The notes beneath the pieces were generated by a model that did not search any database, was not told the origin of the DNA, and saw only the letters and a program-made list of their open reading frames with translations. Made by a program: the position numbers and the translations under genes. Below are positions 12,690 through 25,899 of a stretch of DNA of 64,000 nt, piece after piece (positions within the stretch are counted from its first letter, which is position 1; each line of letters opens with the position of its first letter). The stretch is from Hypanus sabinus (taxonomy: Eukaryota): NCBI RefSeq assembly GCF_030144855.1, contig NC_082731.1, positions 23,126,001-23,190,000 of the forward strand, in the 5' to 3' direction.

Positions 12690-13400
12690 ACAATCTGCTT
12701 GACAATGTGGTTGACTGGATAGAACTGGATCTGCTGATGCGTACAAGATCATGCAGCATGGAAGGTTATCATGGATTACAGAGAGATCTGGATCAACTGG
12801 AAACCTGGTAAGAAAAACGGCAGAAATGTGCGCTGTGTTACACTTCGTTAAACCCAACCGGGGTAGTCTTACACAGCGAACGGCAGGAAACTGAGGAATG
12901 AGGTTATGAAAATGAGAGAAACTGACATAATAGGTTCGTAATTCTTTGGAAGTGGAATGACCGGTAGACATGAACTTATTTTGGCACATTAGCTTTCAAA
13001 AATCATAATATATAGTACGGACGATGGATGGTACAATGAAGGGGTATACGACGTTGGTGAGGACTAATTTGACGGGTTTTTGTGCAGTTCCGATCACCTA
13101 CCTATGGAAAGGCATAAGTAAGTTTGAAATGGAGCACACCATATTTATAAAAATGGTTCCCGGTACAGAAGATCTGATTTATGAGGGAAAGATGAATAAG
13201 TCAAGAACTTATTCCTCCGAACTGAGAAATTTGATAGGTGACTTCACAGAGTTATACAAAACCATGAAGAGTATTATCGTGAAAGCACTAACTAAGAACA
13301 TTAATGACTTCGAGTTCCGTTTTAAGAGATTGTTTACATGGTATCATGGAGAGTCTGCCGCAGCCTCTACTGCCAAAAAAGCACTGACATTTGTTTCTAC
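12690..13400 (+). mobile_element. Degenerate CR1 LINE RT fragment
   Basis: GLQRDLDQLETW and TLVRTNL motifs. Confidence 0.65.
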
Positions 13401-13536
13401 CGAGCTCATATTAAGACAGCAAGAGAAACAACTTAATGTTCGGCATCCGACGATCAGTACATGATCAATCGTTTAATAGACGTGTGTATTATCTCTCAGC
13501 GCGAGTCTAACTTTTCTTCCTGATTCGTGTTATCAG

Positions 13537-13728
13537 ACATCACAATTTAGGCGGAGAGGCAACCTGCCTCCTGGCCGATGAGGCTTAGTATCTTATTTAT
13601 TGGAGTTCATGGTAGGGTGCTTAGCATCCAATGTTCTGCTCAACATGCATGAGCAGTCCACTCAAGATTCCATATGTATCATTCATGTATACTCGATTTC
13701 AAAGCTAAGTGAAGTGTAAATATTGACA
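13537..13728 (+). pseudogene. Possible heavily deleted TCR-type V relic
   Basis: Pyrimidine tract+AG at 13535-36; GEATC...YLIYW (C-to-W 12 codons); att tca aag cta (ISKL as in the V at 41815) followed by a VYYC-like remnant. Confidence 0.35.
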
Positions 13729-14149
13729 TGAGTTCTGCCATATGGAGGCTGTGTTCCCGACGCAGGCTAAAACGAGCAGGTAGTTTATGACTCTGTGGGC
13801 TTATAAGATATTTTATCTCCAATGCCTTATGACGTATACCATTAAACCTAACACGCACCTGGAAACATCATATTTTTAAAAGAGGTACATTTGTGTCAGA
13901 ATGTTCTTTCTAGATTTCAGTTTGGCTTTCGGCACTATTGTCACTCAGAGCTTTGCCAGAAGACTCCTACTATTGTTTTTAAGTACACTATTGCAAAATG
14001 TACAAAACAGTGATCGACTTCCCACTCAACAAACCACAGATAAACAGGATGCACAACTGTTTCACCATCTCCAGCATCATTAACTTGATTGCCACATGGA
14101 AATATGCACGATTCACACTGTTATACAGTCCGTTAACAGACGACTGCCC

Positions 14150-14800
14150 GACTAATACCCTGAGCAATCATATTGACAAGTCTGTGGAAGGCACGTCTTC
14201 TGTCGAAGGTACGGCAATGTTGGGACTCATCGCCAAACACCATCAGACGCCCTACAGAGAGAAGGCACAAGAGCATTAATCTGTGAGGCATGGAATTAAT
14301 GTCTTCTTAAATGTCACCAAAACAAAGGAGATGGCGGTTCCCCTTTGCACAACACGGACTTATCACACCATTGTCTGTGGAAACTGCGAGCAGTTTCAGT
14401 CTCCGTGGTACATATATATGTTTCAACGTTCGTGGTCCCAGAATTCATTCTAAACCATCAGGAAATTGAAATACCGGCTATGTTCTAATTTTTCTGAGGG
14501 ACAGCAGAGATCTGCTTAATACATATCTATGGACAGATGCACGTGTAAAGAATATCCTAACTACCGCAACACTTCATGGCCAAGAGACAACTCCGCAGCG
14601 GCACTTCAGCACATCATAACCAGCACTAGCATCCAATCCATCAAAAACATAGACACAGAATGATGCCCGGAAACGGCCAGTGATATCATGAAAGAAACTG
14701 TGCACATAGTTCGTGAATACTTTGACACACACTCATCAGGTTGCAGGCAAAATAACCTCCAGATCTGCATCGCCATACTTAAAAATTCTTACCTTCGCCA
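14150..14800 (+). mobile_element. Rex-Babar/L2-like LINE RT fragment
   Basis: LNVTKTKEMAV motif near 14305-14340. Confidence 0.6.
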
Positions 14801-14994
14801 AGATAAATGAAGCCAGAGAAGAGACCTGGATCGCAATCTGGAGAGACAGAGAGAGAGATAGAGAGTGTGTGTATGTCAGTGTTAAGATAAAAATTACTTG
14901 AGATTGGCAGCAGAAAAATTGATGCTGCTAAAGCGCGATAGAAAATAATTATTAGCGGGAGAATGTAAACCCGTGAGAGAGATAGAAAGCGATC

Positions 14995-14998
<4 letters not shown>

Positions 14999-15044
<46 letters not shown>
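14999..15044 (+). repeat. (GA)n microsatellite
   Basis: Direct reading. Confidence 0.98.
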
Positions 15045-15047
<3 letters not shown>

Positions 15048-15498
15048 ATCAGCAGAGCAAGGCTGATACTCATCTCGGCACCAAAAGCCCAGAAGATTCT
15101 CTACAAGGTAAACGTTCATCAGAATCGTCTCCATGTCCATACGATCCCGATCACGTTTGCGCATATACTCTGCCTCTCTCTAGCTCGCTCACTCCACACA
15201 TACACAAAAACGAACACGGATTAGCACACAGCGAAGAGTGATAGCGGTTTGACATTGGAGGCAAATGTTTGTCTTCCCGTGTGAATGTATATTACACAAA
15301 AATAAATGAGTTAGCAGAGGCAATACATCACATCACAACATTGCAAAGAGTGGTGCGATTACACCATCGCTGAACCTTCACTGACCAACGCGAGAAAAAC
15401 TTCAGTTGGTAGTCTTCGAGGGAGAAAACCACAAGCAAAAAAGGTGTGTACAAATGTATCTAGCTGCAACGACCAAAGCATGGATTCTGCAGCAAATG

Positions 15499-15537
15499 AT
15501 TTATCGTACGAATATGTAACTGGAATACATCACTGTG
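15499..15537 (-). other. 23-bp-spacer recombination signal sequence
   Basis: CACAGTG - atgtattccagttacatattcgt (23) - ACGATAAAT directly after YYCALR; heptamer canonical, nonamer divergent. Confidence 0.85.
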
Positions 15538-15841
15538 CGTCTGAGGGCGCAGTAATATACTGCAGAGTCACTCAGTTGCATGTTTTTTAATTTGATACTA
15601 ATGAATTTTCTTGCCTCATCCAGAGAGACTATGAAGCGAGTTTTGGCATAGTCGGCTTTGTATTCAGATTCGCTATAATATTTGTGCAGAATGTGCACAG
15701 GACATTCTTCTGGTCTTTGATGGTACCAATATAGATAATAGTAGTCTATGTAGTATCGTAGGAGCAGCTGAAAGTCACAGCCTCCTCTTCTGACTTCACT
15801 GCCGGTGACTGTCTGACTGACAGAGTTTCCATGACCCGTAC
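15538..15841 (-). pseudogene. TCR alpha/delta-type V exon: leaderless, open, with a compensated double frameshift in FR1
   Basis: Acceptor tattttaAG; (G)TGHGNSVSQTVTGSEVRRGGCDFQLLLRYYIDYYYLYWYHQRPEECPVHILHKYYSESEYKADYAKTRFIVSLDEARKFISIKLKNMQLSDSAVYYCALR. The canonical FR1 (SPAVKSEEEAVTFSCSYDTT*) is in a shifted frame. About 140 bp including the leader exon is missing relative to copy B. Confidence 0.9.
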
Positions 15842-16155
15842 CTTAAAATAATGTCCAATTATGATATGTTTACTGATTTGTTTTTTTTCTTTCAGAATTC
15901 GGATTCGAGAAGGCGTTTGAACATTTTGAAATGAGCAGGAAATGAAAAGTATCTAATGGAAAGCGGCGTCCTGATGCATGCTTCATCTATTTCCTCAGGT
16001 ATGTCAAGGTCCTTGTAACTCAAGGAAAGAGCGTCACCGTCATTTTTTTTTTAGGTCACAAAACATATTATTATCAGTGTGGCACAAGAAGAGGGTACAT
16101 ACAGAGAAACGATTTAAAGTGATGATTGATAAAGAATAAAAAAGACCGAGTAGTA

Positions 16156-16156
<1 letters not shown>

Positions 16157-16203
<47 letters not shown>
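16157..16203 (+). repeat. (TG)n microsatellite upstream of the V at 15841
   Basis: Direct reading. Confidence 0.98.
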
Positions 16204-16205
<2 letters not shown>

Positions 16206-18364
16206 CTGTGTTTGTGTTTATTTGTGTGTATGCTCACATCCTGTCATTACATCATTCGATATCTGTTTTATCTTTCAGTGCTAATTGAGGTCAGCAACGC
16301 CCAGAGCAGCGTTTTGAGTGCAGCTGCCACGATAGGTTGAGTTCAATGTCGTGGTGATATCCGGCGCAATAAGGGAGAGGGTCCTGGAAATAACCTCTCT
16401 TTCTAAGTTCAACGTAAAGCCTGCCCAGATATTATGAAAGTGAAGCATTTTGCAACAGATATTTCGGATATATCCCATGATGGTGAAAGAAATAAAAAGA
16501 TGTCCTTTCAGGTGTGTATATTCTAATGTTTTGTCTGTTTCTTTTCATCCATTAATTTAGTCGAAACTTGACTGACCCATCGTATTGCGGTGGGCAGGTT
16601 TTTTGCTCATTGTTAATAAAAGACACCAGAATCTTCGACAACCCAGGATTTCTAGAGACCCAGGGTACAAAATTGCCATTTTTACAGACACACCGGGCAG
16701 CACAACCGATGTAATCTGTAAGTAATACAAATAATGAATGTCGTTTAGCTATAGAGATCTTCCTCTTTCACTTTCTCTCCGTCTCGCCCAAACTCTCTCT
16801 CCACTCTCAAACTCCACATGCGTCAATAGCCTGTATACATTGCTGATTTCTGCACTCTTCCCTTCTCCCTAACTTCCATTATCTGTCTTCCTCCATGTGT
16901 CTGCCTTCGTCTGGCCATCCATATCTCCCTATTTTCTATTGTCTCGTTCTGTTTCCTTGATATGTAGGTCGTCGTTTCAAAAGTTCTTTTCATTACAGTT
17001 TGTCTGTTTCTCCACCCCTTTCCTCTCTCCCTCTTTCCTCCTATCTCTCCCTATCTCTTTTACTCTCTCAGTGCCTCTCCCTTCCGCCACTCACTCATTA
17101 GCTTGTAGTTTGTGTGCTGCGTATTTTCCTGCAATTTCTTATTTTTTCGTTAATTCCACTCTTTCATCTTCTCTCTCGCATTCTGTACTTCTTCTGTTTT
17201 GAGCGTTTGCTTATTGTGTTATCATCTCCCATGTCACTCATTTCTGTCTCTTTGTCTTTGCGTCTGCTGCTCCGACAGTACATATACATATCAATTTCTC
17301 ATTATAGATGTTCTACCACGGAGTGTTTCCAAACGATGTGACATTAAGCCAATTCGGTACTCCTCCAGCACTCGGCATACAAATCTATTCCCGTATGTTT
17401 CAGTGTTTTCTTCATAGAAAAGAAAGGTATCTTTCCTCTCTAGCAATTAATTTTCTCTTGCTCTATTCACTTGGACGCCAGGTAGTCTCGTGGTTAGTAC
17501 GGCTCTACTATAGTTCGGGTCAATTCAGAGAACGTAGTTATTTACGGCGCTGTGTTTTAAATATACTTCGTGCGTCCCCACGGTAGAATACGTGTGTTTT
17601 CCCCGGAGTATTTGGTGTCCTTAGCAATCCAAAGATGTGCGGGGTAGGTTAAATGGAAAATGTAGCTAATTCCATGAACAGGTAGAGATAATCAATTTTG
17701 ACGGTGGTTGCAGGAACAGGATGCATCAAGGATTGTTTGGCCGCTCTCCGCGTTGTATCGCAGCAAGTGCAGAAAAAACACATATTTTCTGAATATACCT
17801 AATGATGTTATGTTCCGCGACGTGCCTCCAGAGCAGCACAATTTACCTCCTAAATCGACTTTGCCGGAGTTGTTGCTGTTGTTGTTCTTTCTTTTCTTTG
17901 CTTTTTCTGGATCTTTCGAGAAGATGACACTTTAAATACAATCGCTTGCAAAGATGATTGATTGGCAACAATATGAGAGCGGGAATACTGTTACGAGAGT
18001 CAATACGATAATCATTTTCGTCCCTCATCAGGCCAACAATCTATTTTTACAAATATCAGGTCCAGCCTTTTTCTCCTATGATTTTAGCTCTATCAGATAT
18101 ATAGGAGGGAAGGCAATGGTTCTGAGCAATTGATGCCATTGCCAAACGTCTGTTTGACTGCCATTTTCACTATAATGGAGAACTCCGGAAACCTCCCTCT
18201 GCAGCACTTGGAGTGATCATATCTGTTCTGCAACATAAGGAGTCCCAAGCCCGTTCCGGTGATCTGCACGCAGAAAGGGACGGGGTTAAGATGTCTGGGC
18301 ACTGGACAATAAGGGATCTTCGCAAGCCTTGATTACTAAGACTGAGTTGGGAGGCTGGAGACCT

Positions 18365-18615
18365 ACGGCTTTTTTATTCCGGCATGATGTCAGTAAAAAA
18401 ATATATGTATATTCTCCCAACACGATCGCAGCTGCACTCAAGGATATGAGAAAGAACTATAACCGCCTGCTTTGTCATCTATGAGATATATTTTCTCACG
18501 GTATCTGAAGAAACAGAACAGCTTTAACACGAGACGGTACAGATAACAGCAGTATAACGTCTCGCTATCCCGTTCAGAGACACTAAAACAGCAGAGGTGT
18601 AAAATGAGACCACAT
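18365..18615 (-). pseudogene. Decayed leader-intron-V relic truncated after FR2
   Basis: 46-nt leader MWSHFTPLLF*CL*T+G (same 15 codons+1 layout as the intact leader); 65-nt intron ending gtttcttcAG; exon starts AT ACC (DT, as in the intact V); S-C at a similar position; tac tga cat cat gcc gga (Y(R)HHAG). Confidence 0.6.
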
Positions 18616-19599
18616 GGCGGAGATGGAAACAGGGCAGTTATTTTCATCCTTTCTGCTGAAAGCCAATGTCATATATTTAACAAACTAAACAGCAAAACTG
18701 GCTTTCTTATTCAAAATATAATATTAATCTTTCGTCCATCGAAATCTTTAACGCATAACATTTCGTCCATAAATTGCATCCGCCGCTATGCTCTGCAATA
18801 TATTTCAACATGCTACTGTGCTTTCTTAAAGGAAAAATCCCACTCAAATTTTTGAACCATATTGTTTTAAATGGGGGAGGGTGTCATAGCAGCCGCAGAT
18901 TTGTGACAGTAGGAGGAGGAGCGAAATATTGCAGAATAAATATAGAGATGTAACAAAATAAATGAAGTAAGTCGCCCTCTACATAACAGACCAGTTGAAG
19001 GGCCGTGAACTTTTTTGCAGATAGAAAATTGGCTCCCATTCTAGGAAATTGAAAAATATTTGTGAAGAGGTTGATACGTTCACAAAGTGATAGGAAGTTT
19101 TTTAGACAGAGCTGGCTAAAACTACTACAAAAATCTTACTGGAAAAGATTTTTACTCTATATGGATTAAGTACGTGTGCAGAATCGGGTAAAGAGACCCC
19201 TTTTCCAACTCAGATAATGCAAAGTGCAAAAGCAATTTTAGGTATGAAGCAAGACTTTTGGCACTGTATAGCACACGGGCAAGTGACAATGTGAAACAGA
19301 TGCTTCGATGGTGAAACTGCTGTAACAAAAACAGCAAAGTGGCATGCAGTTTTGCCTTACAGATTGATGATTACAGAAAACAAGGTAGCATCATAAGCGT
19401 TGAGGAAGTCATCAGTAAAGTCAACCTGGAGGAATAAGGCTGAGCGAGAACTGTTGAATTTTCGGAGCCAAGGGAGTATTGTTTTACTACTTGGGTGAAA
19501 GTAGTGTGAGACTGCGCAGGCGCGTACTGTCAACCACGAGATCACTAAAGGTATAAAAAGAAGGCTCCGAAATCCAGCGGACAGCATGGTAACAGGGCT

Positions 19600-22500
19600 T
19601 TGCCTCAACGGGCTTAGGCAGTAACGGGACGAGGCGAGGTATAATGTGAGGCTAGTTTTCTGTGCTCAGTGTCAGAAGAGGGGTATCAGGACGGGCGGAC
19701 CCTCCCGGACGGGCATATATTCATTGGCTGTGTCCAACTGCAGCTCCAAAAGTTCAGAGTTAGGGAACTCCTATGCAGTTCGATGTCATTCGCCTAGTCA
19801 GGGAGAGCTAGGAGGTGACAGAGAAGAGTTAAGAGCAGGTAGTCACACCAGTGCCACGGCAGGCATAGAATTGGGCCACAGTCAGGAGGGGGAAGGGGAA
19901 GTGTTAGGTACTAGAGAGGACACTGTGTCTGTACCCCGGGTCTATAAGTACTCTTGTTTGAGTAATCTTTGCCGGGAGGGGGGTGTCTGGCTAAATTGGG
20001 AAGGGGCATTGGCCTTCCCTCCAGCACAATGTCTGGCTCTCTGGCTCAGAAGGTTAAGAGAAGCAAGAGGAAGACAGCAGTGAAAAGAGACTCTATTGTT
20101 AGAACCCAGACAGTCGATACCATGGACGCAGGAAAGAAACTCAGATGGCAGCCTGCCTCCCAGGTGCCAGGGTCCGAGATGTTTCCGATCGCGTCCAAGA
20201 TACCCTGTAATGGGAGGGAGAACTGCAGAAATCGTGAAACATCTTAGTACCAATTACATAGGCAGGAAAAAGAGAAGAGGCCCAGAGAACAGACTACAGG
20301 GAGGTAGGAAGGAAGTTGAGAAACCCGACCGCAAATGTAGTATCTCGGATTTACTGTCTGTGACATGCGATAGTGAGAAATGCAATAGAATGAGGCGGAG
20401 GGTAAATTCGTTGCTTAGTGTTGGGAGCAGGGTGCAGGGATTCAGATTTCTGGATCATTCGGACCTCTGTCGGGGCAGGTGTGACGTGTACAAACAGTTC
20501 GGGTTGCGCCTGAATCCCAGAGGGACAAATATCCTGGCAGGATAGTTTTGTTCCGGGTATTGGGAAGAGTTTTGTGGGAAGTAATTTTCAGGGGTGGGAA
20601 CCGAACTGGAGAGACTGGGGAAGAGGAGGTTGGCTCACAAATAGAGAAAGCTTGTATACAGTGCGAGAGGGAGGAGTGGCAGATATAAGAAAAGCGACGC
20701 GCACAGACCGAAGGTTGAGATGTGTCTATTTTAGCGCAAAGATTGTTCTGAGCAAAGCGGATGAGCTTAGATCATGGACCAGTACCTGGAGGTATGATGT
20801 GGACATTACAGAGAAGTGGATGACCCAGGGACAGTATTGGTTACCTCATCTGCCGGGTTTTACAAATTTTAGAAATGACAAGGAGGGTGAAAAAGAGGTG
20901 TGGTCGTGGCACTGTTGATCAGAGACAGTGTCACGGTTGCAGAAATGGTGGAGGCAATGGAGGGTTTATCTACCGATTCACTGTGGGTGGAGGTTAGGAA
21001 CAGGAAGGGTCAATAACCTTACTGAACGTTTTTATATGTTGCGAAATAGTAACAGCGATATCGAGGAGCAGATAGGGAAACCGATCCTGTAAGGGTGTAA
21101 TAATAACAGAGTTGTCGTGATTGGAGATTTTATTTTCCCAAATATCGATTGGCGTTTCCCTATAACGAAGGGTCTGTATCTGGTGGAGTTTGTTAGGTGT
21201 GTTCATGAAGGTTTCTTGACACAATTTGTAGATAAGCCTACAAGAGGAGAGGCTGTAATTGACTTGCTATTGGAAAATGAACCTGGTGATCAGGCGTCTG
21301 ATTTCTCAGTGGGAGAGCATTTTGGACATACGGATCTTAATTCTATCTACTTTTCAATAATATTGGAGAGCGGTAGAAATAGGCATGTTAGCAAGACGTT
21401 TAATTGGAATAAGGGGACTTATGAGGCAGAAGGTTGGAGGCTTAAATTGCAAACCGAAGTTCTCAGGTAACAGTACGGAAGAGATGTTGAAAAAAGTCAG
21501 AGGATATTTGTGTAGAGTGCTGTCTAGGTACTTTCCAATGAGACAGTGACGTTAAGCTAGGCTACAGGAACCGTGGTGTACAAAGGCTGTAATCAATCTA
21601 GTCATGAAGAAAAAAAAGATTTTACAAAACGTTCAGAGAGCGAGGAAATGTTAGAGATCTAGAAGATTAATAGGCTACTAGGAAGGAGCTTATGAAGGAA
21701 AATGGGAGAGCCAGAAGGTGCCATGAGAAGGCCTTGGCGGGTTGAATTATGGAAAACCCCAAGCCATTCTACAAGTATGTGAAGGGCAAGAGGATTAGAA
21801 GACAAACAATAGGACCTATTAAGTGTGACAATGGGAAAAAGTGTATGTGACCACAGGAAATTGCAGACGTACTTAATGAATACTTCACTTTAGTATTCAC
21901 TCTGGAAAAAAAAAGGTCATCGTAATTGTTGTGATGTTCGCAGCAGTCTTGAAAGCTTCCGCATGTAGGAATTAAGAAAGTGCATGTGCTGGAGCTTTTA
22001 TCGTGCATCAAGTTCGATAAGTCCCCGGACTGTAAGAAATGTACCCCGGTCTACAGTGGGAGCCGAGGGAGGAAATTGACTGTCCATTTTGCGATGATCT
22101 TTGCATCATCTCTGGGAACGGGATTGATACGGACGGATTGGGTGGTTGTTGTTCCTTTATTCAAGAAAGGGAGCAGAGATAGCCCAGGTAATTATAGACC
22201 AGTGAGTCTTACCTCAGTGTTTGCTAAGTTGATGGAGAAGATTATGAGAGGCAGGATTTATGAACATTTGGAGACGTATAATATGGTTAGGAGTAGTCAG
22301 GATGGCTTTGTCAAGAGCAAGTCGTGATTTACGAGCCTGATTGAATTGTTGAGGATGTGACAAAACTCAATGGTGAATGAAAAGCAGCAAATGTAGTCTA
22401 TATTGATTTCAGCAAGGCATTTGATAAGGTATTGCATGAAAGACTTATTGAGAATATAAGGGACATGTGATCCAAGGGGACGTTGTTTTGTGTATCCAGA

Positions 22501-22812
22501 ACTGGCTTTACTCTGAAGGCCAAGTGTGCATGTAGACCGGTCATATTCTGCATGGAGGTCAGGCACCAGTCGAGTGCCTCTGGGATCTGTTCTAGGACCT
22601 TTACTTCTGGTGATTTTTATAAATGACCTGGGTGAGGAATTGGTGGGATGGTTTAGAAAGATTGCTGATGACACAAAAGTTGGTTTTGTGGATAATGTTG
22701 ACGGTTGTCAGAGGTTACAGCGGAACATTGATATTATGCAAAACTGGGCTGACAAGTGGTTATTGCAATTCAAACAGGTATGAGTGAAGTGATCCATTTT
22801 GGTAGATGAGGT
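19600..22812 (+). mobile_element. CR1 LINE (5' region, esterase-like ORF1, endonuclease, RT), degenerate, cut off by an LTR element
   Basis: EN motifs (GDFIFPNIDW, FLTQFVDKPTRGEAVIDL) and RT motifs (VPLFKKGSRDSPGNYRPVSLTS, GSVLGPLLLVIFINDL, IADDTK). Confidence 0.92.
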
Positions 22813-25800
22813 TGTCATTATCCCATCTGGCAATCGCCCACCTGGTTATTTTCCTCAGGAATTAGGTCACAATCACCTCATTTAGTTTCCAATCATTCTG
22901 AGGTTCCAATAACTACCAATACTTGCTTCGCATCAGCAAATGCTGTATAAAACCCTGTGAACGCAACAGGGAGTTGCCAGTTCGTTGGTCGACTCGTGTT
23001 TGAGTAAGCTCGTTCCATTATTCTTAGGCCTATCAGTTCAAAGTCTTGCATCGTCTCAGAATTCTCTACTGAAACCAAGACCCAGTGTAAAGTCTCATTT
23101 GGCACGAATTCCACGTCTGCTCCGACCGTAACGCCTCCCGACTCGGTTCCGTCTGCGCCCGTTTTCAGCAGATGGTTTCGTTCCACCGCCACTTTCTTCC
23201 AACGGAACGAACTGGCCACGATGAACCAAGCATACACGGATCACGTAAAGCAGACCATGGCCAGCCAAGGCTACCCATTGGGCGCTCACGCCCAGCTACT
23301 TTGGGAGATCACGGAAAACCTTCGTACGTTAACCACGAATGTTCAGAAGGTCAGTGAGCAAGTGGACGCGGTCTCCGCTTCGTTTTCTCCGTCCCCTTCC
23401 TGAACCACAAACCGCACCGCTGGGGATGGCTTCCACCCCGGAATCAGCAACACCATCCCATTGATAACAGTGTGAACCCAAGCCTGAACCCTACCCTGGG
23501 AAGCTAGGCACCTGCCGGGACTTCATGTTACAATGTTCACTGGTCTTTGAGCTGCAATCCCGTACCTACACTTCCGATAAATCAAAGATTGCGTACATAA
23601 TTGAGCTGCAACGAGGGGATGTCTTGTTCTGGGCAAACCCCATATGGGATAACCGAACAGAGGTTTGTACGTTCAGCTCTTCCTTTGTCACTGAAATGTG
23701 GAAAGTCTTCGAACATCCATTCGCTGTAATGACGCCGCAAAACGATTGGTGACTCTTCTTCAGGCTTCACAAATCGTGGCCGTGTATTCAGTTGAGTTTG
23801 AGAACTTAGCCAGAGACTCCGGGTGAAATGACGAGGGCTACGGGAGATGTTTCGACAGGGCCTCTCGGACAAGATAAAGGATGATTTGGCCGCGAGGGAC
23901 GACACGGACTGCCTGGACTCTCTGTTCTCACTAGCCATTCGATTAGATTATCGACTTCAGAGACGTCAGAGACACAGAACCAGTCTCCGCACTCCTCGGG
24001 AAAGCCCACGGTCCACCTTACCAGTCTCAGCCAGCAACCCTTCCCCAGCCGCTCCAAGTGTGGCTCCTGCTAAGACCATCCCCACCCCCAACGAGGGAGG
24101 AACCGATGCTGCAGGAACGGAACCGTCCCTCCCCGGACGAACAAATTCGGAGGTGGAGAGCTGGGGATTGCTACAATTGTGACCACCAGGATACCTGCCC
24201 TCAGCGGCCAAAAGGATGGCTAACCAAAGGGAAAGGGACCTCTGCTGAGAAGAGTGATACTCTCTTCATCACCCCAGACTCGGATGCAGATCCCGGCAAC
24301 CGTTTATTACCGACCACAGTCCCTGTCCCTTTCCGCTTTGGTGGATTCCGGTGATGAGAGCAATGTGCTGGACGAAGAGATAGGCACACAGGGTAATACA
24401 TTGCGAGCAACTAACTACCGCCCTGTAGGCCCGAGCCCTGTACGGAGAACTGCTGCTCGGCTGACCCACCGTACGCAATCTCTGACCTTGATCGGATCCG
24501 GCAAATATCGGGAGGATGTACGATTTGGTCTCATTCATTTATCCCAAGCCCCGGTAGTTCTAGGGTCTCCTTGGCTGCCCGAATAAAATCCCCATATCGA
24601 CTGGTCTACTGATACTATAGATGAATGGAGCCCGTCTTGCCATGCCAACTGTCTGCGGGAGGCACCATCTCCCAGCGAAGCTACCTCGACCCCGCCTATT
24701 TCGGATCCCCTTGACTTGTCCCACGTCCCGACAGACTAACATGACCGGGGACAAGTGTTCGGTGATCAACGGGCCCTTTCCCAGCCTCCGAACCACCCAT
24801 ATGATCGTGCCATCGACATTCTCCCCGGACTCGCTTCCCACAAGTCGCTTTTTTAACATTTCTTAACCGGAGAGAGAGGACATCGAAAAATACATTAGCG
24901 AGTGTCTCGCAGCAGGCAGTATCAGGCCTTCATCTTCCCCTGTAGGAGCCGGTTTCTTTTTTTTTTTTTTTGCAGAAATGAAAGACTGGACGCTTCGCCC
25001 TTGTATCGACCTCTGAGGCCTATATAACATCCTCTACCCCTCATTAGTCGGAATTTGAAACTCTGCATGGAGCCATCTTCTCCAAGGCGGTGAACTTTGT
25101 AGCCCTCCCTAAACTCAAAAACGAACCATTCAATGTTGAAAGTGATTTCAATCCCATATCGTCCGCCTAACGCTGCCAAGGTCCAGCGCATTCACCCAAA
25201 TTTTCAAGTGTCTCATTTAAAGCCAGTTTCCATCAGCCCCTTGTGCCCCTCAGCTGTAACTCCACCACTTGCCCGTATCATCAAGAACCATTCGGCAGAC
25301 ACCGTCCGACGACTACTACATGGGGCCGCAGGGAAAGGGGTCACAATAGCTGGTACACTAGCAAAGGTACGGTCCACAAGAGCGTTGCTGGATACCCGCT
25401 CCTTCATCCTACACCCTTCACTCATCGAAGATTTTCATCGCGACCATCCAGACAGGCCCGGAGGATCGTCTGGATGCTGCCGTTGAGGGAGGATTACTGT
25501 CATGGTCCCTTCTGGCATCCCCCACCTGGTTATTTTCAGCAGGACTTGGGCCTCAATCACCTCGTTTATTTTCCAGTCATTCTCGGGTTCCACTAATTAC
25601 AAACTTCAGCTTTCCATCAGCAAAAGCTGTATAAAAACTCCGAGATCACAACAAGGATCTACCAGTTTGTTGGTAGACTCGTGTATGAATAAGCGCGTTC
25701 CATGGTTCTTAGGACTATCAGTTTTAAGTTTAGCATCGCCCCTGAGTTCTTTGCTAAATCTAATCCCCGGACAATGACTCACTGGGTACCAATTCAACGC

Positions 25801-25885
25801 TCGCAACGACCGTCAGGCCTACCGACTCTGGCTTCACACCTGTGTTCTGCACTTGGTTTCGTTCCACCGCCACAACCTTGCAACA
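22813..25885 (+). mobile_element. Internally deleted chromovirus-type Gypsy element (gag, protease, RT start, integrase end, chromodomain) with diverged LTRs
   Basis: LTRs 22813-~23200 and 25498-25885 (TGTCAT...ACA, shared ggtttcgttccaccgccac); PBS-like gaacgaactggcc; PPT gagggagga; gag FRQGLSDKIKD; protease ALVDSG; no matching TSD. Confidence 0.9.
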
Positions 25886-25899
25886 CCATCAGATACAAC

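Larger units (their letters stand above)
15200..18040 (-). repeat. V duplication unit, copy C (inverted paralog of 39180-42430)
   Basis: Homology covers the far upstream region (ccatcttctcgaaagatccag in both), promoter, intron 3' end, V exon and about 300 bp past the RSS. Confidence 0.9.

Noticed and set aside
13024-13464. 146-aa ORF
   Set aside because: Derived from decayed CR1 RT
15850-18360. NAR-TCR cassette (NAR V-D-J upstream of a leaderless supporting V)
   Set aside because: No D or J segment, FGxG motif or facing RSS found; the interval is promoter-paralogous sequence
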